Under the pieces are notes generated by a model, which did no database searches, had not been told where the DNA came from, and saw nothing but the letters and a program-made list of their open reading frames with translations. The position numbers and the translations under genes were made by a program. From contig NW_020847484.1 in the NCBI RefSeq assembly GCF_003704095.1, positions 434,001 through 498,000 on the forward strand: a DNA stretch of 64,000 nucleotides, read 5' to 3'. The DNA is from Pocillopora damicornis (taxonomy: Eukaryota). Positions 49,904 through 61,514 of this stretch are shown piece after piece. Every line of letters starts with the position of its first letter. Positions within the stretch are counted from its first letter, which is position 1.

Positions 49904-52900
49904 ATGGGAAGCTGCAAGAGGTTACCGCTTGGCACAATCGCCACACTTTTGCTTTTCATTCAAATCAGTTTTTATCAATGCGACGGGAAAACGGCTGAAG
50001 AATGGAAAGGAAGGATAATATATCAGGTGAGGGTTAGAGAAAATTAACAGACTTATTTAAAATCAGATTGAAACCGAACAAGGTCGGCTTGAAAATTCTT
50101 CGAAGTCATGTTGCAACCTGCCTACATTTTATGATTGCAAATTTTTTTTTCCGATACCATACTTAAAATTTTCCTTTTACTGAAAGATTTTTCGTTTAAT
50201 GATTCCTCCATTAATCAGAAAAATGAATATACTTTAAATAGCTAAGGGCTATTGCACTGTTGTAAAATGTTTCTTGAGGTATTTCGGTAATTTTTCGTCA
50301 CGAATCACGGTGTTCAGAACCCCACAATCCCCCCCCCCCCCCCCCCCCCNNNNNNNNNNNNNNNNNNNNNNNNNNNNNNNNNNNNNNNNNNNNNNNNNNC
50401 TGGAGGGGCGGGGAGGAGGGGGGGGGAGCGTTAGAAAAGAAACCCTGCTTTTCTTCCTATGTCCTCTCTGCTAGCAATTTGTTTACCCCACTCTGCCCCA
50501 AAATCGTGCGATTCCCATTAGCTCAGCTTATTCCGCATAACGAAGGGTCAACGTAAAAAATGACCAAAAGTCTGGTCAATGTCTCCCTTTTCTCGCCAGC
50601 AGACTTTCATGCTAACCAATTTCGCCCTCCTACTTTAAGAAAAGACACCTGATAGCAAGTCAAGGGACACCTGATGTGCAGGCTAGCATGACAACAACCC
50701 ACTGTTTAATATCGGGAAGAGAAGAGAGGCGTCAACTTAATGACAAAAAGCATAGTCATAAATACACAGCTGATTCCCATCTTAACCCTTTAACTCCAAA
50801 GTTCTGATTATTGATTCTCCCATCTAGCTGCCACACATTTCCTTGTAAATAAGTTACGAGAATTTAGATCAAGATAACTACTTCTTCCTGGTACATTCGA
50901 GTATTTTCATGACCTATTTTGGCTGATAATGTATGAATAAAATATATGTATATACTCCAAATTATCGCAACTGATTTACAAGGAGATATGCAGCAGCTAG
51001 AGGGGAGAATCGGCAAGTTGATGTATTATGTTATGCAATGTTTCCTTCGCAGCCGCTCTTTGGGATGTCACGCAATTCATTTAGAGTAAGCTTTGCGTGA
51101 CATCCCGAGGATAAGAATGTGCCTCTTCTGATATCATCTCTCAATCACTGAACTTTGCTTTCTTGTTCTCCAGCTCCTGACGGATCGGTTTGCCCCCTCT
51201 GGAGATTTACCGTCCAGAAAATGTGATGATTTAAAGAACTATTGCGGTGGCACGTTCAAAGGGATTGAAAAACACCTGGACTACATAACAGGCCTGGGCG
51301 TTGATGCTATATGGATCTCACCCATTGTGCAAAATACCGATAGAGGTTACCATGGTTACTGGGCTCAGAACATATTTGAAATAAATCCGCACTTTGGAAG
51401 CCGGGATGATCTGAAATCCTTAGTAGCAGCCTGTCACGAGAGGGGAGTCTGGGTAATGCTTGACCTTGTGGCCAACCACATGGGTTACCCACCCGGTACT
51501 GGATTTAATAACCTTATTCCTTTTAATGAATCAAGACATTACCATCCCCAACATTCTTACATAAAATGGCCTCAAGAATGTAAAGACCAATGGAAGATCG
51601 AGAACTACTGGCTTGCAGGCCTACCTGATCTTGACCAAAGCAATCAATTTGTAGCCACAACGCTCTTGAAATGGATCCAAGGTCTGACTGACGAGTTTGG
51701 CTTTGACGGTTATCGCCTGGACACTACCATACAGGTTCCAAAGACATTCTGGGCAGAGTTTCGTAAAGCTGGAGGAGCGTTTATGATCGGGGAGGCAAAC
51801 AATGGTCCCCCACCCTGTGGATCAATGGAATATGTAGCGGAATACCAGGGGTATATTGACTCTGTGCTAGCTTATCCAATGTACTGGACCCTGCGGAAGA
51901 TCTTTCAGGAAAAATCAAAGGATTTTACTGCACTTAGTGCTGCCGTAAAGAGTTCCTACACAATTTATAAGGACAGGTAAATCTTTCTGTATTTCAAGAT
52001 GTGTGGATCAATATCTCTATCTTAGCCACTGCGTATCTATCCCTCCCCTAACCCAAAAAAAGTCAACTGATAACAAATACAGGTTAATGTTGGGCTAGGG
52101 GAGGGGTAGGTGCACAGTTACTCAGACATTAGCATAGATTCGTATGTCTCGTACGAGTGGAATGGTCTCGCAACTGAAAAAGATACAATTAGAACTCAAA
52201 ATTGGACAGGACATAACAGTTGTTTTGCTTTTAACTAGATCAGTCTTTGGAGGCTTTCTGGATAACCACGACAATCAAAGATTCTTGAATCTTAACCCAA
52301 GCCACACATCACTGAAGAACGCTCTTGCATTTTTGATGATGGGAGACTGGATCCCAATTTTGTACTACGGCACCGAACAGGGATTTAACGGCGGCTCCGA
52401 CCCAAATAACCGTGAATCTCTTTGGCCCTCTTTGTCCACCGCAAACCCATTGTATAAGTTTATTCAGACACTCGCGAAGTTCAGAAGATCTCTTGGAAAT
52501 GAATGGATACAAGACAAACAGGTAACGCACATGATGAAAAACCGATGTTCATATCTTGAAGTACTTCCTACTTGCCATCTTGAACGCTTTTGTTTATACT
52601 GCATGCGCAGTTTGCCGGCCCACAGTCACGGATCGCGGGCGTCGGTCTTCGTCTAGTGGATGTATTGAAGAGAATGCCTCTCTGATTTTAAAAATGTTTC
52701 CATTTTATACTCGACTGGTTGGCTTTTAATGTATCAGAGACATAGACCCACCGGAGAAAGATTGAACTCCTTGTTAAGAGTTTCGCATCTTAGACCTATT
52801 GACTAGCTCTTTCAAAAAGCAATTTCGCCTTTGAACGCATTCCTTAACTTGTGTTCATGTGTTTTTGTTTACCTTACCAGGTGGAGAGGCACGTCCAGGC

Positions 52901-53111
52901 TGATGCTTATGCCTTCTCTAAAGGAGGCATACTGGTTGTCATAACCAATCTGGATACATCCATCAATATTTCGGTCAGGGATACCCCATACCAACCGGGG
53001 AATACTCTGGGGAATGTTTTGAATTCTTCAGAAACTCTAACCGTTTCTTCAGATGGTTCTCTACCAGTAACATTAAACTCGGGTCAGCCCCTTGTTCTTT
53101 TCAAGAAATAA
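49904..53111 (+). CDS. Secreted alpha-amylase, GH13, fungal Taka-amylase/Dictyostelium type
   Basis: Exons 49904-50026, 51174-51976, 52239-52521, 52881-53111. Signal peptide, then KTAEEWKGRIIYQ|LLTDRFA, YCGGTFKGI, GVDAIWISP, GYHGYW, DLVANH (region I), DGYRLD (II), GEA (III), FLDNHD (IV), PILYYGTEQ and DPNNRESLW. Confidence 0.95.
50350..50399. other. Assembly gap flanked by a poly-C tract and a G-rich tract
   Basis: C run at 50329-50349, then n, then G-rich 50402-50426. Confidence 1.
50782..51020. mobile_element. Family A TTAA-type MITE in amylase intron 1
   Basis: Starts ttaaccctttaactcc. The distal part (atttacaaggagatatgcagcagctagaggggagaatc) is an inverted copy of its own proximal body. 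Confidence 0.65.
51063..51107. repeat. Small perfect inverted repeat (MITE remnant)
   Basis: gggatgtcacgcaa ... ttgcgtgacatccc, 14-bp arms. Confidence 0.8.
52006..52141. mobile_element. Palindromic MITE in amylase intron 2
   Basis: ctatccctcccctaacccaa / ttgggctaggggaggggtagg inverted arms, with ggatcaat...atagattc ends. Confidence 0.75.
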
Positions 53112-56100
53112 ATGATTGGGTAACGAGGGCTAAAGGATCTTGATATTCATGGGAGGCATGAACTGTTCCTAGTAATTTCCCTTCGTCAAAATTTTAGTTA
53201 CTATATTTCCGTTCAGTCAAAATAATCAAGCTTTTTTTCATTTTTTTTTTTTCGATTAGCCATGGTCATTAAAATTTGGGCTTCATCTGGTGATAAGAAA
53301 TTCAAGCTTGAATTTGACAAGCTGCAAATGAGATTCAAAGTTTATTGGACAAAATTTATTTTATTTTTTTCCAGACCACTCAATATTGTTATAGAGACAA
53401 ATTTCAGTCTCTTTCGATGGAAAAAAATTAAGGATTTTCACTGATGCCTTTTTTCTTCCAATCCTTTGATTCTTGGGGTAACGCTTTTCATAATCACATC
53501 ACCGATAGACAAGCGACATAGCAGGGAAATATTGGCCAGAATACAAAATTGACACGTGGAAGCTTAAAATAATTAATATCTGTTAAGTTTTTAAGCAATA
53601 GAGACCATCATCTTGCTTTTGGTTTACCAGTGTAATAAGGCACGAAAGATGGTCGGTCAAAATGCTGGTAATCGATAGTGTTAGCGGCCTGTTGATTAAA
53701 AATAGTTGAGGTTTCTCTGGTTTTAATTGTGATTTTTTGACCAATCAGAGCACGTGTAGTGTCTTGCTTATTTCAGCATCTAATAGGAATTAATGCATAA
53801 CGCAGGTTTAATAACTTAATTCTTTTTTCAGGAATAATAGGGAGCCGACGTTTTCGAACGTGTCATGAAAGCATGCTGAGCAGGGAAACTTAGGCCATGT
53901 GCGACAGTAAGTCGGTTTATTTGAATGAGGGTGCGTTAGACAACAGGTCACCAGCCATCGCTTAATTGAAAAACAACTATTTCCAGGGTCCAAAAACTTG
54001 GCCCACGAGGTAGCGAGCCTTTCAATGGACTTCGCCAGCTCCCGGGGCTTTTCCTTTTAATCAAAAGGCAAAGTCCTGGGGAGAAATTTATTTTTGAGCT
54101 ATGATCTGCTATCATTGATCGTTATATCAGAAACTTGCAGTGTATGTCGCTATTTCTCATCGATTGTTATGCAGTTCTACTCCCTTCCTGATCTTAAGAA
54201 CGGATTTCTTAAGCCAAACCATTTTTTAACAGCCGATTTAACACTAGAAAACTGTGTGATGCATCATTTTTTGTTTATGAATGATAACAAATTTCGCAGG
54301 TGTCGTAGTCGCACTGTGTAAAGTTTTAGTAATATAACGCGAAAGAAAACGATGCAATATAAAACGATGAATCAAGTCTTCTCCCGAATGTTAACGTAAA
54401 AAGTAATAACGTTTTACAGAGTCCTTAATTTCTAAGTATAATGAACTTAGATCACTCGGCAGAACCTTTGACAAATTTTTAATCAATATCAGTCCATAGT
54501 ATGCAATGTTGCCATAAATGGGTAATATTTACGCCTAAACTTAGATCAGTCCCTCAGCTGTCACAAAGCGACTGGTGAAAATAACAGAAATTTTAATTGA
54601 TTGCTTAAACTAAACATGCGGGTGGTATTAACTTGCCTCCTGTGAGAACACCTCCCGTTGAATGTCAACTGTTGGTAAGACCATTGAGACTGTTTCTACA
54701 TCATTAGGTTCAGGTGCGCTCCAAAATTGAAACTAGAATATGGCCGAAGTCACCTGTTATGTGACGCTTCGTTCTTTATTCTGTTGAATAACGATGTAAC
54801 GGCCAGCTGAGAGTTTCTTAGTAATCTTTTTTTCTTCTTCTATTTTTTTTGTTAATATTTAAACCTTTCGTAATACTTTCAAAGAACCCTGTCTCGAATC
54901 TTAACAGGCTATGAAATCTATCATAATACAGGCGTCGAGGGAGTTCGGTCTCATAAACCTAATTTGGCAAACACTTTGCAGCCTTTAATATAAAGGTCAT
55001 AAGTCTGGAAAGTAACATTGAATTTTTGTTTTGTTTTATTTTGTTATTTAACAACCCCGAGTTATTTCTGTGCACAATATACATGGACTAGTATATCTTC
55101 TGAGCGCGTGCAACTCGCCTCCAAAGAACTATTATTGTCTATTACCACAACATTAGTTTACCGCTTGCCTCTCAGAAATCGCCTGAAACAAAACACTAAA
55201 ATCTTTTTTCTTAAGAGGAAAGTTATCGTGTATTTAAAGGTGTGACCCTCTAAAACGGACTTTGGAAAGAATACATGTAACTTTTAGAGAAAATAGGAAC
55301 GAATTAATTTTTAATGTTGGAATGACTAGTCATTCCTCGTGTTTGTGATGTTATAACAGCGTGTTTCCTTTGAAAGCGCCATTTACGACTGATTCAATTT
55401 TCTATGTAGAGTGGTGCCGACTAAATTGTCACTCGAAGAAACACGAATTTCTAACTTGACTTTCCACTTCATTCATGTAACGCTTAATGCTTATTTGCAA
55501 AAATAACAACTTAAAGTATGAATCTTAGAGGTAAAAAATTGAAAAATTGCAGAGTAGCTACTTGCTTTTGCAACTGTTACAAATATTTTGCCTACCTTTA
55601 CCTTATTAACAAGAATACCCTAAAGACTCCTTACATTTGAAGTCCACCCTCGAGGGAAAAAGTAAACAACGACCTCGCTGCTGCCATATTAAAAATATTT
55701 ACCCTGGGGTTTTGGTTAAAAAAAAAAAAAAATGGTTAGGACGTTTTTTAATGTTTGCAGGTTTCTTAATGTTTCGACATATATTCAGAGGACTTCGCTT
55801 TTGTTTTCTTCATGTCATTTCATAAACACAGTTGCCTGCCACAGTGACTTTTCAAGACAATTAAGCTTTGACGTCTTCTTGTATTTGATAATTTGTTTTT
55901 TGGCGGGAAGAGTTGCAAAATGGACGTACTCTGCATCCGTTTAAATCTTATTTTGAGGACAGATCTTAGAGCAGATAGAAAAGTCTGCCTACTGAGTTCC
56001 AAAAAATCGACAGAATTATAGCTAATTTTGCTATCTCAAAACAAATTCCTCATTATCGCTATGTCAACCAGAAAAGAGTATTAATTCGAGACCGGGCAAA

Positions 56101-56780
56101 ACGGGAAGAAAGTCATTCGATACCCTGTAAAATATAACCACAGAATAAATACTGGCATATGAAGTACAACGTCTACTAATTAGAATTTAAGAGATAATCT
56201 TGACAGGAGGTTATATTTATTTTAATTTCAAAAGGAGTACATTTATCGGAACTAACTATCGTTACAAATATTTAAAATTGGGGCTATGTACAATTATCTA
56301 CAGTTTAAGCAACTTCACAACCTTTTTTTTACATATCATAGTACAAACCTAAGTGTGTATTCTTCGAATTTTTGACACAAAAAACCTTAAGTACCTATGC
56401 TACAAAAGAATACATTCGTGTTATTCAAAGGTGTTTTTTCTAGAATTATATGATTAGAATTAGGAGACAGTTTTTATGTTCGGTTATCGATTCGTAAGAT
56501 TCGACAAGCTCTCCTTCAGTTTTCATAAGTTACAATTATACAAGTGGTTATCAAGAAAAATCATATAGGAACTAAGTTAACTGTATCTTCGAAACCTCAA
56601 AAACATTTCCTCGACTTCGTAAATTGAATAAAAAGAAAATTCTTGCAAAACCAAAACGAAAATCTAGGGTTATTGAGCGATGCTTTTTATCTAAGATCTC
56701 TGAAAGCCTTGATCAGATGATACTTTTTAGGGTGCCACCAAGGGTTTGGATTTCCTTGCTTTAGAGTACAAGCAAAGGAT

Positions 56781-58105
56781 TTAGTTTGCATCCTGTCCAA
56801 CATGCGCGTTCTGAATATGACTTTTCAAATCGCATCTTCGTGAAAAGGAAACTTTGCAAAATTTACATCGGTATGGCGAATTGTCTGTGTGCACATGCAT
56901 ATGAAACTTCAAATTCGACAATTTATTGAAAGCTTTCTGGCACAAGCTGCACTTATACGGCTTTTCTCCCGTGTGAATGAGAAAGTGATTTCGCAGGTTT
57001 CCCTTTTGATGGAAACCTTTGCCACAGCGATCACAAACAAATTCTTTATCATCACTATGGGTGCGGATATGTGTCTTAAGTGTAGACGAGCGATTAAATG
57101 CTTTTTCACAAACATGGCATTTGTACGGTTTTTCTTTAGTGTGAATGATCTTGTGCCTGCAAAGTGTAGAAGACAATCGGAAGCCTTTACCGCACGTATT
57201 GCATACGAAGGGCCGAGCATGAGTGTGATTTGGCATTTTTAAATGGATGGCTAAGGTATATTTGGTTTTGAAAATCTTACCGCACTGATCACACTGGTAG
57301 GGCTCTTTGACTTTCTCGGGAATGGAAATCGAAGGCGGAGTTACAAGAGGAACTCCGTGCTGATAAATATCACAACAAGCTGGGGTGGAAGAGATACTAA
57401 GCTCATTTCTCCAGAAGAAATGTTCGTTTGCGGCAGGATGCATATGGACGGCGTTTACTAATCTCTCAGGAGCTGTGAAGTGGTAATATGGGCTTAAAAT
57501 GGAGAACTGGCGGCCACTTGAATGGTTAACAAGCTCGTCGTTCACGACAAAAGCCCTTGTGTTGTAACCTGCGCCCTGAAGTACCGAGCTCTGAACCAAT
57601 AATTCCTCTCTTGGTTCTGGCTTGGGTTCCTGGTGCAGAGGTCTGTAGGTTTGTTCCTCAAAGGATCTTTTTAACTGAAAGCTGTTCGAGACTGCTTCTG
57701 TTAGACCAAAATGAAATGTTCCGCGTAAGTTAACAAAACTCTCTTTTTTAAAGACGCTTTCGTACTTTACAGTTTGGCAGATGCCGCAAGCTAATGTACA
57801 TTTATTTTCAGAGGGATTGTACCAAAAACGGTCGATATTAAAACTTGAAAAAAACATTACTTTGTTTCAACTAATTCCAAAACAAGTTGACATCGACTAT
57901 CTTAATGTAAATAACAAACTAGTAACTTAAAGGATAAAACCTTTTTTACGTTCAATCGAATCGATATTTAAACAAAAATTTGATTTCTGACTGGTTAAAA
58001 ATAAATGATAGTTATCCACAAACCTTCTTTATAATCAACAATTTTGAGACTGGAGTTCGTTGTGGTTTGTGGAGTTCGTCTCTTTAAAAGGAAAGACTTC
58101 GGCAT
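56781..58105 (-). CDS. Fez-family (FEZF-like) six-C2H2-finger transcription factor with N-terminal SNAG motif
   Basis: Exon 1 58105-58024 ([10 protein letters not shown]...YKE, phase-1 donor gtttgt) splices to exon 2 57697-56781 (acceptor ctaacag). Fingers 2-5 ([44 protein letters not shown]....[15 protein letters not shown]) are diagnostic of Fez/Earmuff. Confidence 0.92.
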
Positions 58106-61100
58106 TTCAAACTTTCTAGAATTTTCCTGTTGGGTGCCTTGACCGTTAGTTGAGATTACTTCTTTGCAAAGCTGCCTTTCGGGTTATGATCTGCTCGAAA
58201 GAAGTGTTAATTGGATCTGAAGTGAAAGCAAACTTGCGTTGCGTTAAGTAGTAACCGACTTATGTTGATTCTTTCTTTATGGTGATTGTGCTTTCTCTGT
58301 TTTATTGTCAGCCGCAGCAAATGGTCTCGTACATGACACGTGCGGGGCCCGCCGATTGACTTGTTAAACTGAACGCACGCGCTGAACTTATTGTGTATTT
58401 TTGAATAACTGGACTAGGACTAACGATGGGCCGATTGAAGTTAAACCAAACAACAAGTGTTGAATGTGATTGTTCGCCAATAGAAAAGCCGCATTTTAAA
58501 CAAAACCTATTGTTGATTGCACCTGTATTGCCATAATGAGAAATGATTGAAGGATGCATATTAATCCTGAACAGGGTATGACTGAATAAGGAGCAAAAAA
58601 TTATATTAATTAAAAAAAAAAACAAGAAAAAGCATTTTTTCTAATTACAGATAAGGAGGAAGGTGAATTATTCGACCTTGCTCATGCAAAATTTTGACTC
58701 CTATGTTTCCAAAATAATCAGTAAAACCGGAGTCCATTTTGCTCATTTTAAATGCACGGCCAGCTGAATGCAGACATGTATAGATTTTCTTAATAGCAGT
58801 AATAATTAGCACAGAATATTTGCCCTTTGTGGTAAGTTACTTCAACGTCAAGTCATTCAAACAGCGTAATTATGAGAAAATAATTTACTACCCAGCTACA
58901 ACAACTAAATATTCGACAAAATACTCAGTAAACATATTAAGCCTCCCGACATCATCTCAAAAACTCGTACACTAAAATGTAATCCTTTGAAGTAAAAGTA
59001 TTCGATATTTTACCTCAGTAGACAGACAAATTACCATATTTTCAGCTTTATTACTCCTCTGTTGGAGACCATTTATCGTTGCTGTTTTGAAACAAATTTA
59101 AAGCCGCAGGTTTCAAACAAATAAGATTGAAAACGTGTGTTTCTTTTTGTTTACAGGCACGCTTGGGTTAGTCGTATTTATTATTTCATACTAATGCTCA
59201 AACTGCGAGTTTTGTTTTCAGTCGCGTAGCTTTGTTGTAATGGATCTTGTTTTCATTTTTCTTTTCATTTTATTTTTTTTTATGACCTTTTTCGTTGTCT
59301 TTTAAAAGTCCCGAGTAGTGACTAAAACGCAAGCAACTTCAATAGCAACACTTCTGCAAAGATCCATCTACAGGTCATTTTACACCGGAGTTTTTTCGAA
59401 ACCTCATTAATATACGAAAATATTTCATTTCTACCACTCTAACCTCGCCAAGAAATGGTATACTCCACCAAATACTCCAACAAAACTTAACTATTTGCCA
59501 ATCTCTGCATCTCTACAACAATCTTGTTCATTTTGCGGGCAAAAAGTACAAGTTTAATTTAAAACTACACCTCGTGATAATGACGACATTTACTTGCACT
59601 TCTGAAATTTGTCACATTAGTTTTTCACAATAAACAGCCTTCCTTGGCTTATTACCCGCTCAGCGCTGTTAAATTCTGGGTCATTCAAACCAGTTTTATT
59701 CCTAACTCTTCAATATTTATTATCAACACTTCAAGCGGTAAAATTCAAATGGGCTAATTCGTCGAACTCTCAACTAGATATCTTTGTAATGCATCTTCAA
59801 GCTGTGATTTTGTTATTTCCCCTTTTAGACCCTAAAACATTTCAGTCTTAAATCACTCGCCTACTTTAAGACCTACCGTTTTTGTTAAGGAACTAACAAG
59901 AACATCCACAAGCCGTAAAAAAAAACTGTAATTCTCTCATCAATTTAAGACACCAAAGCTTCGAAATATAAAATTCCGTATTATTCGTAATACGTAAAGA
60001 TAGAATTTTGAGTAAATTATAGCTTTTCGTGACAACAATTAAAGGCATTGCTTTCACTGACTGGGAAGTTTATTGTTTTGTGATAAATTGCTTGGATGAA
60101 ACACTTAACAGACTAGACGGTTGCCGACAATTTGCCGCGTGTTCCTATCAAACTTACTTATACTTACATACATTACTCTAATTAAGCTTTGAGCACAATA
60201 AAGTGGAGTTTTTGAGTCGGAAATGAGTCTAAACTAAATAAGTTTTGAACAGAGAACGCATTTTTCCAGATAAGTAGGCAAACGTTTGTTTTGGGCATTT
60301 TGTGAGCAGTGTATATCTAAGATAATCTTAAAAACCCGCTGCGTATTGAACAGATAGAACATTCAAAAAGTACACCATTAAGATTTCTTCGTGAAAGCAA
60401 TAAACCGAACATTCTATCGGTTTACTGGCATAATCACCGACGTAGGGTTGTTTAAGAACACTCAAAATGCGTGTAAATGAAGTCTCGCACGCGAATGACA
60501 CACAAAGTGCTAGCTTGTTCTTTAGTTTCTTTTGCGTAATTAAACTTGCTTTTTTCGAGCTTAATGGCTGTCTCACACCGGACTTCATTTTGTCTGGTTA
60601 TCGTCTTTTGAAGATAAGTGCTTCTTCGATTCTTAACTAAACTCTATCAGGGTCATTGTATTTCTGTAGCGGAAGTGGTTACCTTTTCACCATTCATAAA
60701 ACATCGCCGAAAATTCGGGCAAATATTTCACATGACAATTGGATTCTAATGAAAAAAAGTAATTGAAAAGAAAAACTCGATGAACCAACTACCTTCAGCC
60801 GGCCGGCCTCGTGCAAATCTTACTTCTATCTTAATGATGTTTCATCTGAAGGACCGAGGGGGGAGTTCCCTTTCAAAACTCACATGAACTACTTATGGTG
60901 TTATTTTTAGTCCCAAAGGTGGTGCTGCCTACGGGTGTTGTGAGGATCTAACGGATTCAGTTGCTAATTTATTGCATCGGAGACACGCGATCAAAAGCTA
61001 GGGTTTCTTTCATGAAAACATTTTAAAAGTATCGCCCTGTTTCTGATTTTAAAAACTGTGAAAACAGAAACTTAAAAATAGTAGCTTTAAAGTTTATCCT

Positions 61101-61468
61101 CTTATCTAATGATTTCCTGAAAACGGATGTGAGGTTTTGTTCGAGTTTAATTAGCTGACTTGTTGTAAATGCTAACTTACATAACACCTTGTCTTTGTTT
61201 AACTTTTATTCTGGCTCTAAGCTTTTTCTAAAATATTACATTAAGTAAAGACATTGGGAGTTTTTTTTTCCTTCCATGAATTGACTGTTTAAAATATGTT
61301 CAATAATGCATGATCTTCATAATGAAGAGTATGAAGTTTCGCAACATTTGTCACTTCAAATTTAGCGAAAAGCAAACTTTAAATATTAAGTACTTCCCTT
61401 CAAGATAAATATGAAAAATTGAAGGTGCCGCCAGTTTTAATTCTTATAAGTTTATTTTAAAGTTCAAC

Positions 61469-61514
61469 AAATTGCGCAATCTATTCCCAATAAATTGCGC
61501 AATCTATCTCAATA
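61469..61514. repeat. Tandem 23-bp duplication, each unit with a TTGCGCAA palindrome
   Basis: aaattgcgcaatctattcccaat aaattgcgcaatctatctcaat. Confidence 0.8.

Noticed and set aside
52840-52880. TTCCTTAAC, a perfect U12 branch consensus, in amylase intron 3
   Set aside because: The donor is GTAACG (U2-type) and a normal pyrimidine tract follows; chance, or at most a converted relic.
57698-57857. N-terminal 53 aa of the 358-aa zinc-finger ORF as coding sequence
   Set aside because: Better explained as intron: a phase-compatible acceptor at 57698 joins the SNAG exon.
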